A stretch of DNA of 63,631 bases, the filler included, from Lenisia limosa (lineage: Eukaryota; Protista; Breviatea), in NCBI GenBank assembly GCA_001655205.1. It is 17 parts of 17 records of this genome, joined end to end, with 100 filler letters (N's around TTAATTAATTAA, not from the genome) between each part and the next. Parts side by side here need not be neighbours in the genome. Positions count along the whole stretch, not along the records: positions 32,021 to 39,806 come from LPNZ01009174.1; positions 39,907 to 41,938 come from LPNZ01009408.1; positions 42,039 to 43,698 come from LPNZ01005153.1; positions 43,799 to 45,421 come from LPNZ01004280.1; positions 45,522 to 51,220 come from LPNZ01001099.1; 12 more parts are not named here. One strand, given 5' to 3'. Each line of letters opens with the position of its first letter. Within the stretch, counting starts at the first letter, position 1. A program made the position numbers and the translations under genes. The notes beneath the pieces were generated by a model. The model saw only the letters and a program-made list of their open reading frames with translations, had not been told where the DNA came from and ran no database searches. Below are positions 37,660 through 51,060 of the stretch, one piece after another.

Positions 37660-39770
37660 CTGGCCACTGTACTTAGGGAATCAACTGGCGTACCAAAAGT
37701 GAAGTTGATCTTCTCCACGTTGTACCTTGGGATTCCGGCTACGGGGTGAAATGGGAAAACTTAAGGGGGAGGGGGGAGAAAAACGGAGAAAATTTCGATG
37801 AAGAATAGTGGCGTAAAGGCACTAATCACGAACCGNNNNNNNNNNNNNNNNNNNNNNNNNNNNNNNNNNNNNNNNNNNNNNNNNNNNNNNNNNNNNNNNN
37901 NNNNNNNNNNNNNNNNNNNNNNNNNNNNNNNNNNNNNNNNNNNNNNNNNNNNNNNNNNNNNNNNNNNNNNNNNNNNNNNNNNNNNNNNNNNNNNNNNNNN
38001 NNNNNNNNNNNNNNNNCCCAGGCCAGTCGCCTCTGCAGCACCACATCCCATCACTCCTGCGTACAGTAAAATGGGGAAACATAAGAGGCGAACCGAAGCC
38101 GTCCTCTCTATCGTCCGCAGTTGCCGTACAATATCCCTCCTCCTCCCCCAATTAGGAAAAGCCCCCACCCCACAGCTATCCTTGCCTTGGGCGGTTGCGA
38201 AGTTATGGAGCTGGTTATGGGTTCGGACTTCATGCAACAGGCGCTCCTTCTCACTAGGCGGTTAATTGAGAATGTGTGAGTTCCTACAACTGATACCTTA
38301 ATCAAAGAAAAAAAAAGCTTGGTGTCCCCCCTTCTCTACCCTCCCCATCCTCCCTCTTATTGGAATTAGATGTGGGGTTCTTTCTTTTTCCAAAGGGTGT
38401 TTATTTGGAATTCGGGTTCATATTTAGTTTTCATTTCGGTTCTCAAAAAGACTAAATTTGTTGATAAATCCTCGAAAACTAGCGATATTTTATCGGTTTT
38501 TTTGAACCGAAGTGAAGCCCCACGCACCACCAAACATGTGAATAATCTAAATCTCTACCAATTTAATCGTCCACCCCACCCACCTCCTAGAGCTTCACTT
38601 CGGTTCGAAAAAGTCTGGTATAATATTGATATTATCGAGGATTTATTGAAATTTCAGTCGTAATTTGCAACTGAAGCGAAGCCGTACCTCTCCCACAAAA
38701 ATCTTCCCCCCCAACAAGACGTCTTGAGAATCGGTTCCGAAATCAGTGAGAACGCCCTGCCGTCTTGACACGCCCATTGAGCTGAATGGAGGGTCCAGGC
38801 CCTGGCCGGTTAGTGTGAATGAGTGTATTTTGAATAGTGCTCATCTATTTCACATTTGACTGAGAAAGACCGCTAAATGGCGGATTCAGACTTTTTCGGA
38901 CCGAAGAAAATTCCTAATTCTAATGCGATGAGTTATCGACAAATTAAGTCATTTTCTGGATTGGAGTGAAGCACTAATGAAAATGCATGATAGTGTGAAA
39001 AAGTCTAGAAAATATTCCTCCCCTCTCCACACATCCATCTAATATACATATCACTTACCTATATCAGATTATGTATGTAATATATGATATGTAATATAAT
39101 CCAAGCATAATATAGCCACCCCCCCCCCCAACCAGATAATCTACGAAGGTTGACACAAAGTCAATGACCTCGATTTCGGCCATGCCCGTCCACCATTCGA
39201 TCACCCCTGGCCGCGGCTGGATGGTAAGAAGAAAAGNNNNNNNNNNNNNNNNNNNNNNNNNNNNNNNNNNNNNNNNNNNNNNNNNNNNNNNNNNNNNNNN
39301 NNNNNNNNNNNNNNNNAGTTGCAAAAATAACAGGAATACACGATAAATTCTCAATAAATATCAATAAATATTGATAGTTTACATATCATATCTTTTGGAA
39401 CCAAAGTGAGGCTGTAGTAAGAAGTTTCAGTTCCAAACCAAAACGACGGTGAAAATATCGAGTACTTATCGAGTACTTATCAAGAAATTCAGTCTTTTTT
39501 GGGACTGTAGCGAAGTCCTAGTAATGAAGGGTTGATGATAAAGACAGTATGATGGTAATAAGTAGGGTAGGGATGATGAAAGTGTTAATCATAATATGGA
39601 GTGGGGAGGCCGGATGTTCATCATATCTCGATAAATGGGCGAAGTGATGTGCAAAACAAAAGCCCGTTAATATCCCCCGACCTGAGGGACGTTGATGGGA
39701 TTGTTCAGTCTTGGATTATAGAACAGGACGCTTCCCGTGTTGCCTCCCTAATATCGTAAAAAGAGAAGAA
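37660..39770 (-). CDS. Hypothetical protein, multi-exon fragment
   Basis: Exons PRPGVIEWWTGMAEIEVIDFVSTFVDYL|gttggg, EKERLLHEVRTHNQLHNFATAQGKDS and GIPRYNVEKINFTFGTPVDSL. Confidence 0.45.
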
Positions 39771-40760
39771 GGGGGGGGGGGTGAGGAGGGGTACTAACCT
39801 GAAGTTNNNNNNNNNNNNNNNNNNNNNNNNNNNNNNNNNNNNNNNNNNNNTTAATTAATTAANNNNNNNNNNNNNNNNNNNNNNNNNNNNNNNNNNNNNN
39901 NNNNNNGAGTTTTTATAGAGAAGGTTGAATCAACTGTCTCTCTATGTGTGGCATGGCCTGGGGTGGGGGGGGGATCATGTTTGTGGGTCAAAAGTTACAA
40001 TAATTTGGAATCTGTGGTTTTTTAAAGAAATTATTTGAAATTTCCTGAAATGGTGTTACCCAAAATTGTTTCAACTACACATGCCTCAAAGTATTATTGG
40101 TACTTCGACCTGATACAACCTTGTTTTTTATTATTATTATTTCTCATTGCTATATAATAATATCTAACTGATTCACCAGGTGGTTCGCTCGCCAGATGGT
40201 CAAGGATGGTGGCAAAAGAGCTAAACCACTTTCTCCTCAGTGCAACATGTATCATGTTATTTATCAAAATGTATTGTTTTTTCATCTATAAATCTTTTGT
40301 TTCTTGGTATTATGAACAATATTTTGGGATCTTTTGAAACTACTCCATGTGAGGTATAATATTAATCACCGAGAGATGAGAAATAAAATAATTGTATCGG
40401 GCACGAACCCTTTAGAGGCACCATCTTTTATTATCATTATTGTACTCCGTGAAATTAATTGGAAAAGTAATTGCAAATTTTGAAGTGTGACATATTGTCA
40501 TGGGGACTCTGAAGATCAGACACTTAATTTCAAGCTAACAAATAGTGCATAGAGATAGAGTTCTAATGATGTTATTAATCAGTTTTTCGGATAATAACAC
40601 TTTCTGTCTTATTTTGACACACTACATCACTTTCAATTAACATGAGATTTTTGATTTATCAAAATTGTCAAATTGTAAGAAAAAAAGACAGCTTCAACAG
40701 GAGGTATCACACAATGCATAACTCTAACATACACACATACCCGACTCGACAGCCAACAAC

Positions 40761-41814
40761 TTATTTTTGCGCTGCACGAGCCTGCTCAACGAGGAAGTTT
40801 TCAGCCGTATCAGGCATTCTTCCCGCCGCCCTTTCAGAGTCGGCATAATCCAGGATCTGCGCAAGGGACAGGTCATATTCGAGCTAAATTGTCAGAAAAA
40901 TATAATTGTCAGAAATATGGGGTATGGGGGGGGGGGGGGTAANNNNNNNNNNNNNNNNNNNNNNNNNNNNNNNNNNNNNNNNNNNNNNNNNNNNNGTTGA
41001 AAACAACAGCAACAACAACAAAAAAAAGTTCAGGCCAGTCGCTTCTGAGCTACGCATCCCATCTATTACATTGAAATTAGAGAGAATGCCCGGTTATCAG
41101 GGTTTTGCATCAAGTCACATGTAAAACTAAGATCAAAAATATCCGCTGGTTGAAAGGGGGNNNNNNNNNNNNNNNNNNNNNNNNNNNNNNNNNNNNNNNN
41201 NNNNNNNNNNNNNNNNNNNNNNNNNNNNNNNNNNNNNNNNNNNNNNNNNNNNNGTAGTTAAGTAGGGCTCCACTTCGGTTAAAACAATTACAAGAAATCT
41301 CGATAGTCCTCGAAAACTATCGATAGTTAACGGGTCTTTTTTGTACAGAAGTGAAGTCCTAGTTACAAGGAACGAGAAAGCCCTTTGGATTCAACCCACC
41401 ATGACTTTATCTGGATTTGGAATAAGGAAGGGGATTTCTTGGGCAAGCTGTGTGAGGTGCTCGTTACTTGGAGGTTAAAACGAATAGTAATAATAAAAAT
41501 TATCATCATAAATACAACGTACATAATACATAGATGAGAAATCTTAACCAAACTCCAGATCTATGTTTTTTTTCAAAAATTCCCAAAATCGGTACAAATC
41601 CAAAAAGAAAAGACGACGTAATTAATGTTCAGATACCCTAAACAATTTTCGCGAACCTGCAATAAATACCCCAGAATTTCATTTCAATATCTAAAGCTCT
41701 GACTTTCATAAATTATCCGTTTCCCCTCCACTTTGAGGTTTGGATCCAGGCGCAGTAGGAGTCAATATAAAGGCGATTTAAGAAGTAGCGACTGTCACTT
41801 TTGTCTAAAACCTC
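40761..41814 (-). CDS. SHQ1: SHQ1-like H/ACA snoRNP assembly factor, C-terminal exons
   Basis: EVLDKSDSRYFLNRLYIDSYCAWIQTSN|NEHLTQLAQEI matches the SHQ1 motif (S..RY.LN.LYI.DYC.WIQ...L..LA..L). Phase-consistent intron; terminal exon LEYDLSLAQILDYADSE...QK*. Confidence 0.7.
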
Positions 41815-42189
41815 CTGGCAGGGGGAGGAGTAATATTGGAAAATTTGTGAAATAAAAAAAGCCATATCAGCTAGAAACACACAAAAAGGCTGAAGACACA
41901 AGAACAAACAAAGCCTAGTCCAGTCGTTTCTGCAGCACNNNNNNNNNNNNNNNNNNNNNNNNNNNNNNNNNNNNNNNNNNNNTTAATTAATTAANNNNNN
42001 NNNNNNNNNNNNNNNNNNNNNNNNNNNNNNNNNNNNNNTACACCCACGGGAGCCTCCAAAATCAACTGTTTACACCCACGGGAGCCTCCAAAATCAACGT
42101 AAGACATGTACTAAAACCCAAGAATCAACCCAAGATACGAATAATCCCAAGATAGCCATGCAAGGTACTCATGATTTCTCTGTTAAAAT

Positions 42190-43698
42190 TAGGGACTTAC
42201 ATGCCAGAAAGTGTGACCAGGGTGGCTGTGCATGTACATTCGGAACTCCCCTGAATTCAGGTCGTCTAAGGAATTATTGAAATTGTCGTCTAAGGAATAT
42301 TTGATTTCGTNNNNNNNNNNNNNNNNNNNNNNNNNNNNNNNNNNNNNNNNNNNNNNNNNNNNNNNNNNNNNNNNNNNNNNNNNNNNNNNNNNNNNNNNNN
42401 NNNNNNNNNNNNNNNNNNNNNNNNNNNNNNNNNNNNNNNNNNNNNNNNNNNNNNNNNNNNNNNNNNNNNNNNNNNNNNNNNNNNNNNNNNNNNNNNNNNN
42501 NNNNNNNNNNNNNNNNNNNCCCCCCCCCCCCAACAGAATTTTGAGTTTTCTTGTAAGGAGTTATCGAGAGCGCTGTTATCAATGAGACCCATGCGTTGCT
42601 CCATTTCTAGATGTGAGGACTCGTAAAAAAACGGGCAACACATTTTTGCAAACAAGGGCAAAGCAGAGGGGAGAACAGGACAATAATAGAGCGATAGATG
42701 GGTAAGTAGTAATTATATAAGAAGGGATACCACAACTCTCCCCCCCCCCAACTAACCAATCATATACTAGCACTAAGCCCCATAATAACGGGGTCGTATA
42801 ATATCACTTTTACCACTTTTTATTGTTTAACTACAGACGCTGCCACCCCCTTTTTAGATGAGCCGAAAATCACCCCCCCTCCCACCGAAGTTGTCATTTG
42901 ATGCGAAGATTGCAAGGCTTTTGCCGAAGGAAGACTTGAAAATGGCCCGAATAATCCACATGAAGAAAAAGATTCTGGGGGTATGAGATAACCAACCAAA
43001 AAAGACTGAATCGATAAATCTTTGAAAATTATCGATATTTCACCAATTTTTTCAGAACGAAGTGCCCCCGCCCCCTCACAGGAAGAAGACGAGGGGGAGC
43101 AACATTCGACTCTTCCATAGGGTGTAGTAGGACGCCGTGTAGAAACACTCAATTGCTGGGGAGTGGGATAAAAAAAAAAGGAAAATTTATGTACAAAAAA
43201 AGGAGCTCAAAATCAACTCTGTTGGCGAAAACATACGAAAGTTAAAACAGCAAAACAAAGCCAAGGCCAGTCGCAAGGTTGTATCTGGCCGANNNNNNNN
43301 NNNNNNNNNNNNNNNNNNNNNNNNNNNNNNNNNNNNNNNNNNNNNNNNNNNNNNNNNNNNNNNNNNNNNNNNNNNNNNNNNNNNNNNNNNNNNNNNNNNN
43401 NNNNNNNNNNNNNNNNNNNNNNNNNNNNNNNNNNNNNNNNNNNNNNNNNNNNNNNNNNNATGAACCTGCAAGCTCCCACCAAGGCCATCGGTATTGAAGT
43501 TAATCCTAGAGTTCCCCCACCAAGGCCTTATAAAAGTTGATATTACCACCAGAAAGAACCCAATTTCACCAAAAAGCACCTGTTGACACGAACCGCGCAA
43601 ATCCCGCATGCCCACCAAGGCCGTCGGTATTAAAGTTGAAGATTCGGAGCATCTCGAAGTAGGTCATCAGAGTGTCGCCCCATGGCACCGCCCGGAAG
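42190..43698 (-). CDS. Membrane-protein fragment (N-terminal part of a protist multi-TM domain)
   Basis: MTYFEMLRIFNFNTDGL, AIECFYTASYYTLWKSRMLLPLVFFL|IFFFMWIIRAIFKSSF. Confidence 0.55.
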
Positions 43699-43798
43699 NN
43701 NNNNNNNNNNNNNNNNNNNNNNNNNNNNNNNNNNNNNNNNNNTTAATTAATTAANNNNNNNNNNNNNNNNNNNNNNNNNNNNNNNNNNNNNNNNNNNN

Positions 43799-45330
43799 TT
43801 GGCATGCTGCATCCGATACCATCGGTCCGTTACGTCGCAATACTCCTGGACAGTGAAATGGGGTATATAATAGTCCAAAAAGAAACAAAGAGCATCTCAA
43901 AGGAAATGGTGTGTTGAGACAGCAACCACTCCTTGCTGTAGTGTTTATATTGTGAACCAAAGGCCAGACAGAATACCCCCCACACCTTATAAGCCGAAGG
44001 CATGTTTTCTCCCTCAGCAGTCTCACCACCCCTTCGTTCAGTGACTTCCACCATGAACACCTAAAAACTGTCAGCATCCATTTCATTCAAAGAAGATTCA
44101 TATGTGTTCTTGAATCAGATTTTTACAATGTGCTTTCCATAATTCTCTAATCAATAAAACGCGGATACGTCGGATAAAAACAAAAGCCACCCCACTAAAA
44201 TCACAACAAGGCCGTTTAGCCCTAGGAGACAGAGAATAAATACCACCAGGAAGATGCTGGTAGTGTTGCTGTTAACTCCGGTCTGGAGAGTAAAAATTTA
44301 TTAATATGATATGTCATATACTATAATATATACATGTATATATATAATATATAATAGCAATGAGAAATAAACAATAAGGTTGTGTTTGGCCGAAGCCTCA
44401 CCATCACGCTTATAAGAGATATTGGATTTTGTATAAATTCACCCAATCATTTGCTTTACAACTCTGTGCACATAGCTTTCTGTGTTCCTCTGTATATAAA
44501 AAGCCAAAGTCAACTCTGTTGGCTATCAACACAAGAGGGGTGAAAACAACAAAACGAACAAAGCCCAGGAATGGAAATTTTATGAAACACAAAAAAAACA
44601 CCAAACTCAAATCTGGGAAGGGGGAATGTATCCAAACCTGGAAGACTTGGCCGATCATGAGGGTGATCAGATTGGTGATGACAGCCAAAATCTCGAGGTT
44701 GTTCAGTCGCCTTGCCCAGAAGGGCCTCGTCGAAACCTGATATTGTCACAATAGTTTCATTATGGTTAAGCACGACTAGTTAACATGGCTGAAAGGAGGC
44801 AACTCCAGTGCTTAGTGATGAGGGGAATAACAAGAAAGCAGGCTTACCGTGATGGCGAAGGAAATGAAGAGCACCAAAGTCGCCAAAAACACCTGGATAA
44901 TCAATAAAAGTATAAGATTAAAATATAAAGATGAGAAATAGCAAGGAAGTATTTGTTCAAAGCCATCTTACCCATCACCCATCACCCTAAGAAAATATTA
45001 AATCTGACACAAACTCATTAGAGGACACATCTAACCTCCGAGCTTTGAATAACATGTCCCCACCTGGATTTCAACATGATTGCCAAAGAAGACGAAGCAC
45101 ATGACCATCAGCAGCTTCCGCACCACAATTGTCAGTTCCCACAGGTAGCTGTCTGGCTTGTATCTGAGGGGTGAAAAAGATAACCGATTTGAACAACGAA
45201 AAGCACCATTGACATAAAACATATGAAGAAGAGATTATGAAGAGATACGTACCCTCCCCCCCAACCTGACGTACAAGAAGCCGTATTTGGCATAGTTTTC
45301 ATGGAGGGCAAATCCTTCCTTAACCTGGGG
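43799..45330 (-). CDS. Membrane protein with the protist multi-TM domain (YGFLY..YK...Y.WE....RK...Q...PF....N.LE)
   Basis: Spliced: ENYAKYGFLYVR|YKPDSYLWELTIVVRKLLMVMCFVFFGNHVEIQ|VFLATLVLFISFAIT|VSTRPFWARRLNNLEILAVITNLITLMIGQVFQ. Confidence 0.75.
44353..44480 (-). repeat. Family CA intronic repeat, representative copy
   Basis: Consensus agctgtgcacagagttgtaaggcaaatgattgggtgaatt-(AT spacer)-tataagcgtgatggtgtggacggcttcggccagatacaaccttatt..ttctcattgctata. Copies at ~63+, 2963+, 8140+, 10411+, 26986+, 34260-, 34900-, 35712-, 40105+, 43275-, 44930-, 51945-, 59078+ and 61957+. Confidence 0.85.
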
Positions 45331-45521
45331 AGAGGGGGTCATTACTGGCCTCTTGACAAAGTTCATCTCAATGATCTATCAAGGCAACGGTAGAACAGTC
45401 CCCCCCACCTTGCTGGCGAACNNNNNNNNNNNNNNNNNNNNNNNNNNNNNNNNNNNNNNNNNNNNTTAATTAATTAANNNNNNNNNNNNNNNNNNNNNNN
45501 NNNNNNNNNNNNNNNNNNNNN

Positions 45522-47093
45522 ACCATCATGCTGATAAACGCTCTTTATAGGTGTGCCACCATTTGACCTGATGAGAAACTCTGTTTTCCATTGATCCGCA
45601 TACATATCTGGAGATTCACCCGAGATTTGACTTCCTTGTAGCCTGCCCATTATAAGAGATTCCCGCGTCTGGGGGAGGGTGTAAACGGGAGTATTGCTAA
45701 CCACGCAAGAAATGGGCCCTATAAACCACACATTCAACAACATCATAAAGACTATATTTGAAATAGATAAGTAAATTCAGATCCGCTCTTATCTCAACGA
45801 ATAGGTCTTTTAAAATATGAATATTACAGTGATTCACGTGCAGTATCTCAACGAATAGGTCTTTTTAAATATGAATATCAAAGTGATTCACGTGCAGTAC
45901 CAAACAGCCACCCCCCCCCCCNNNNNNNNNNNNNNNNNNNNNNNNNNNNNNNNNNNNNNNNNNNNNNNNNNNNNNNNNNNNNNNNNNNNNNNNNNNNNNN
46001 NNNNNNNNNNNNNNNNNNNNNNNNNNNGTGCGCGGCGTGCTGCTGTTCAACATACGTGTTCATGAGGTTGTGGATCCGTGCCTGGTTGTCAGTCAGAAGG
46101 GTGTGATTAGCAAAAGAGAATGGCGTTACAACGCTGAATCTTCCTTCCTATCCAGCATAACGTACATACACATCATAAAACAAAACACCAGACAGTGGCA
46201 TATACCCCTCCGCACCTCTTCCAAACTCATCAGAGCCTGTAGGCTCTCTGCTCTGCGCGCCATAACGGTTTGGTCGTGAACCTTCGAAATGTCGTCGAAA
46301 TACTGGCGATATCGGTCACCCAGCTGCGAGCTGATTCGCGACACCCGACCTGGTGGGTTATGATATTTAGATGTGCAAATGATTTAAAGATTGGCGTTCT
46401 TTCTTCTTGTGCGGTACTCCAAATACTATTGTATTTAAATGTTTGGCGCTAAGCGTCTCAAGGAACATCAGCAAAATATCATTAGCAATGAGATTTCAGC
46501 CGGCTAGCCACCCACTGTTTTCAGCCCCCCGGAACTGCGTAATGAACTCCTGTCGTCGCAAAATCTCCTTTCGTGAAACTACATCGTCAAGCTGAGGACT
46601 GAAGCGGTCAAAATAAAGCTGTAGTCAAAAATAGAGACTTTCAACATACACCATCCAAGTGTGATACCCCTTTCATGGCACTCCACTGACTGCTTTTACG
46701 CAGCTTCGAAGACTTCATCAGGACAATCCTGAAAAATGAGTCCTAATTTGGAGATGATGAAGAAGAAATTATAGTCGAGTAGAGAAAAACCAAAAGGGGA
46801 AAGAGACGGGAAACTAAAGAACGCCTCTAAAACCCACTCCTTCTGCTGATTTGCATGTTGGAGAAACGCTGGAGTCTCAGAAGAAACCGCTTCTCTGTAT
46901 GCACCGCCATAGACATTTCGGACAACGCCAGCAAGCTGGAGCGCTGAAGAGTCAGACCAACTGTGAAGGGGGCAAACCTCCACTTCGAATCAGATTCAGC
47001 TCCTCTTGGGCTTCTTTTAGCTCCTCGAATGTATCTTTCTGAAATGGTGAGAGAAGGGCGCCTGGTTACCTCCTCAGAAGAAAAGTTCTGCAT
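45522..47093 (-). CDS. Hypothetical helical protein (5' part)
   Basis: MQNFSSEE|KDTFEELKEAQEELNLIR.., PQLDDVVSRKEILRRQEFITQFRG, RISSQLGDRYRQYFDDISKVHDQTVMARRAESLQALMSLEE|EGRFSVVTPF. Confidence 0.6.
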
Positions 47094-47379
47094 CTTCGGC
47101 AAAAACTTGTTTCTATTTCTTCATCACTGAATGCGGAACGTGTGCGGAACACTATGGTAGTATATGGTGTCGCAAAAAGGGTTTTTTTTTGTGAAAAGCC
47201 CAAAAACGAAGTACATGATCTTCAGATCTTGTGTTAACTGATTTGAAAATTCAATCCTGTTCTCTTCTTCTTCTATCTTTATCGAACAGTAATCACGACA
47301 GCTATTTAGTTACTGTACAGACAAGGCAGATTCCTTAAACGGACTTTTTTCGCCTGACCCATGCAGCAGCAACTCTAGC

Positions 47380-50300
47380 TAAAAGACCACCTTTCACCAC
47401 AGCCCGTGTGGCTTCTCCAGGAATCCAAGGGGGGTACAGGCAACAAGGTAAGAAGAAAACCGCAAAAAAAAACAGGCTTGTCTTGCTTGACTGATGTCAA
47501 CCCACTTTTCTATCAATCTTGTCACCTCACATCCCGCTTTTCTACCTGTCTTGTCACTTCACAACAGGCGAAGATGATGAACAAGCAGAAGTTCAAAGAC
47601 AGTCTTGTTGACGAGATGCTGGACATGTTCGACTCCTATGCCGAAACCGTTCCAACTGGGCAAGTGCTTGGAAGTACCCAGCAGCTCTGTGGGTCTATGA
47701 ATGAATACCTTTCACACATCGTGTTAACATGTCTGTTTTGGCTATAAGAAGTCTGTTGGGCTATAATGAATTCCACAGCATACTATGTTATCCTCTCCCT
47801 TTGGTTTGGGAACCGATAGTGGCCAATAAGCCGATCTCACTCAACAGTGCTCCAGTCTCCTGTTAAACCCGCACGTGCACCTGAAGCTACGGACCAACCT
47901 GACAATGTTGATGCCAGTACGGAGGAAACGAAGGAGGAAACGAAGGAGGATCCACCCGAAGGTATTGTGCACGTGGAATCCTTGTTCGGGGTCGTAGTGA
48001 TTTATACATTATTAATGTGAACTTTTTGTTTGAAATACTTAGACCCCGGCCAGGCCGAGACACTTCCCGAGTACCCCACATACTGCACAGAACAGGGGGA
48101 TGATACCGTTTGTGACTACCCCAATATTGTGTCTCCCGCAGGTTTGCTTCTTCTGGGTGTTAAAACAGGTTTACTTTTGTGTTGTTTTTTTTTAGCTTGT
48201 GGGGCTCCTTTTTTTTCATCATGTGCGCTGTTAGTCTTTACATCTGTTTGGACCAAAATGTATTGTGTGTTTTCAAAGACTTGTATATACTGTGTGAAAT
48301 GAAACCAACAGAGTTCCCTTTCAATCATGTGTCCTCCCAATAATACGTGTAACCACCACAGATCTTGACTATTCGGACCTCTTCGGAAGCTTGGTGTCGG
48401 AAGGACTTTTGGACGAAATCCCACCCGGCGAAGGATTTGATCCCGACCTCTACAACTCCCTTGAAACCGGCCAACCGCCTGGCTTGGCCGAGAGCGACGA
48501 TCTTGATGATCTCGATGTTGACGGACAGGACTATGGTGGCGACTTCCTTGACGGTATTGTTGAGGAGCTTCATGAGCCAGATCAGGACTTCTCCACGCCG
48601 CCGAGGGGAACTTCTGCTATTCCGCCGTCGGAGGCCAAACCAAAGGTGCGGGCCGGCCATTTACTGTTCCTTCGGGAATGTATTGCTTAGGCCTTGGGAT
48701 CTGTGCATTGTTCAAAGGATATGACATAGCTGCCATACTCTCCAGCATAGTATATTTTTTAGTATAGTTTTGTTTTATTAATTCCAATTTACTCCTACAG
48801 TCCGCGGAAGCTGAAGTGTTCATTCCGCCGGTCTTCATGCCGGAACCCGCGTTGTCCACTTTCGGCGACGAATCGGTGACGACAGCACGGCCGATGTTTC
48901 CCCCAGGTTGGCTGTGGAATTATAGCTTCCTTTTGTCCGTTTTAAAACGGACCATGTGAAATTTGAAGTTCTTCAGAACCAGTGTAAACCTTATGACACT
49001 TCAGGCCTGCAGCCACAGCCGCCGTCACTGCCCCCTCCGCCGTCGCAATCCAAAGTTGAGCCCTGGTTTGAAGACGACAAGAAGGAAACGGTTTCATTTG
49101 AGCGACGCAAGCCGCGCGCCATCGGAATGCGCAAACAGACGCCGAGTCTGCCTAAAGCTAGCCAGATGACGCAAAAGTCGAAGGTTGGCGGTTCACAATG
49201 GTATCCTTTGAAACGATAAAATTCCTTCCACTGCCAGCATCATCGTGTCGTGAAATCATTACACAGTCTAATTTTATTTTACTGACATTTACACTCAGCA
49301 GGTTGAGGAGCCGCCAAGCAGTTCTGTTCAGGCGGAGTTTGGCGACTACTCCGAGTTTCTCACAAAATACTTGGACGAAAAGCCTGGTGCGGCTCTTGAA
49401 GGTATGTGTAACCCTGTTTGATCCTGAATTTTAATGAAAACCTCAAATTGGATTATACATCTGTATTCTATTGGAGATAACCACGCAGCACGGCCGACAC
49501 CACTCGCTGTCAGTTCACAGGAGGCAGCCAAGCGGCTCCCTTCCCCCCAACCGCAACCAAAGAAGTCCGTCAACTGTTCCAGAATGCCGTCATCCAAGAA
49601 GGTGCGCGGGGAGGGGCTAAATATCCAGGCTTGATAGTGCCGAAAAACAGTCTGGGACCTTATGGTTTTGGTAGGTAATGTCGTACATCGTAATCAGTTT
49701 AGTTTTTTATTTTCCCTTTAGGCTGGAACTTTGAGGTCGTCACTCACGTCATCTCTGTTTACCACTATCCCAAGGAAGTCTTCTCCCACCCTCAGCATTC
49801 CAAGAAAATCCGCGACCCTTGATATCCCAAGAAAACCATCTCCACCCAAACCCACACCCCTTCAAACAATACCCCGAAAATCCTCTGCTGCTGCCCCTCC
49901 GTCATTCGTCCCGAGCCAGTGAGAGGCTATGCTACGTTTCTATATTATAATATGGGCCAATAGAAGTGGTTTGTAATGTGGATCAAAAAAGCAGAATTGT
50001 CACACCGTCCAGGTCCGAGCCTCCCCCACTTCATGAGCCAGACGACAATGGTTAGATTCATAGCTTTTGTCATATCATACTTTTAAGCGTGCAATTATTT
50101 GACAATTAATTGCACAAAGCCTTACTACTTTCTTTTCTTTTTCAATCCAGATAATATTAATAACTATTGCTTATGGTGCAGAAGAGTTGGAATCTGAGGT
50201 TGATTCTGATGACCTTTTTGGAGACTCTTTGCCGGCCAAAAGGAGGCCAAAAGAGAGAATCGCACCGATAGAGCCCAATACGCTGAGTCCAACAATGTCA

Positions 50301-51060
50301 CCAGGTGGGGGGAGGGTGATTCACTCTTTATATTTTCACTATTCTCGCTCTTTCCTTTGATTCTTCGACCGCTTTTCCTCGGTTCTGTGTTCCAAAATCG
50401 TCCAAAAACTATAACACGATTCATTTATAACTCCAAATAAAGCAAATGACTAAAAGCGTTGCGTTAGCAGCACGGTTTAACCTTCTGTCTCTTATTGATT
50501 ATTCATTACATAATGGTTTTCTTCACTGGGGGCATTCTAACTGGTTTCGGATCGTTTCTCCACCTCACACTGTAGCGTCCAAAAGGAAGCTGAAGGTCCT
50601 GGTGGAGCAGAAGAAGGAGCTTTTGAGTCTGAAGCGTCAGCAATCAGAATTGGAACGTCTTATCAAACTCAGGTTTGAGGGTTTTGCGTGAGACTCAATC
50701 TGGGCCTTTACTTCGACTCTTAATGGCTGCCTTTCGAAAATTTTCCATAGCTTTCAGTCAACATGAAGGAATTAATCCGATCTTGTTCAGAACCTCATCT
50801 AGTAGTGAGAGCAAGATATCCAGCAGACGCGCCATCCAGGTTGACCCGGTCATGCCTGCCGTCAAGGCAAAACGGAAAAAGGTCCTTTGGTTGCTCTTTT
50901 TTTATCTTCCAGAAAGGGGATTAAATTTTGCATATAGGCATTATGACTTTCCCAAAACAACTATATTCTTTCAAACGGCCAATTCTTACCACCATAGGTA
51001 CCCAAGACCGATCCTGTTTTGGCGAAGACCGTACAGAAGATGCACTCAATACCACAGGTG
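47380..51060 (+). CDS. Large low-complexity (acidic, Pro/Ser-rich) protein with a short coiled coil (partial)
   Basis: About 12 GT-AG exons, e.g. DLDYSDLFGSLVSEGLLDEIPPGEGFDPDL..., TIPRKSSPTLSIPRKSATLDIPRKPSPP, KRKLKVLVEQKKELLSLKRQQSELERLIKLR. Confidence 0.7.
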
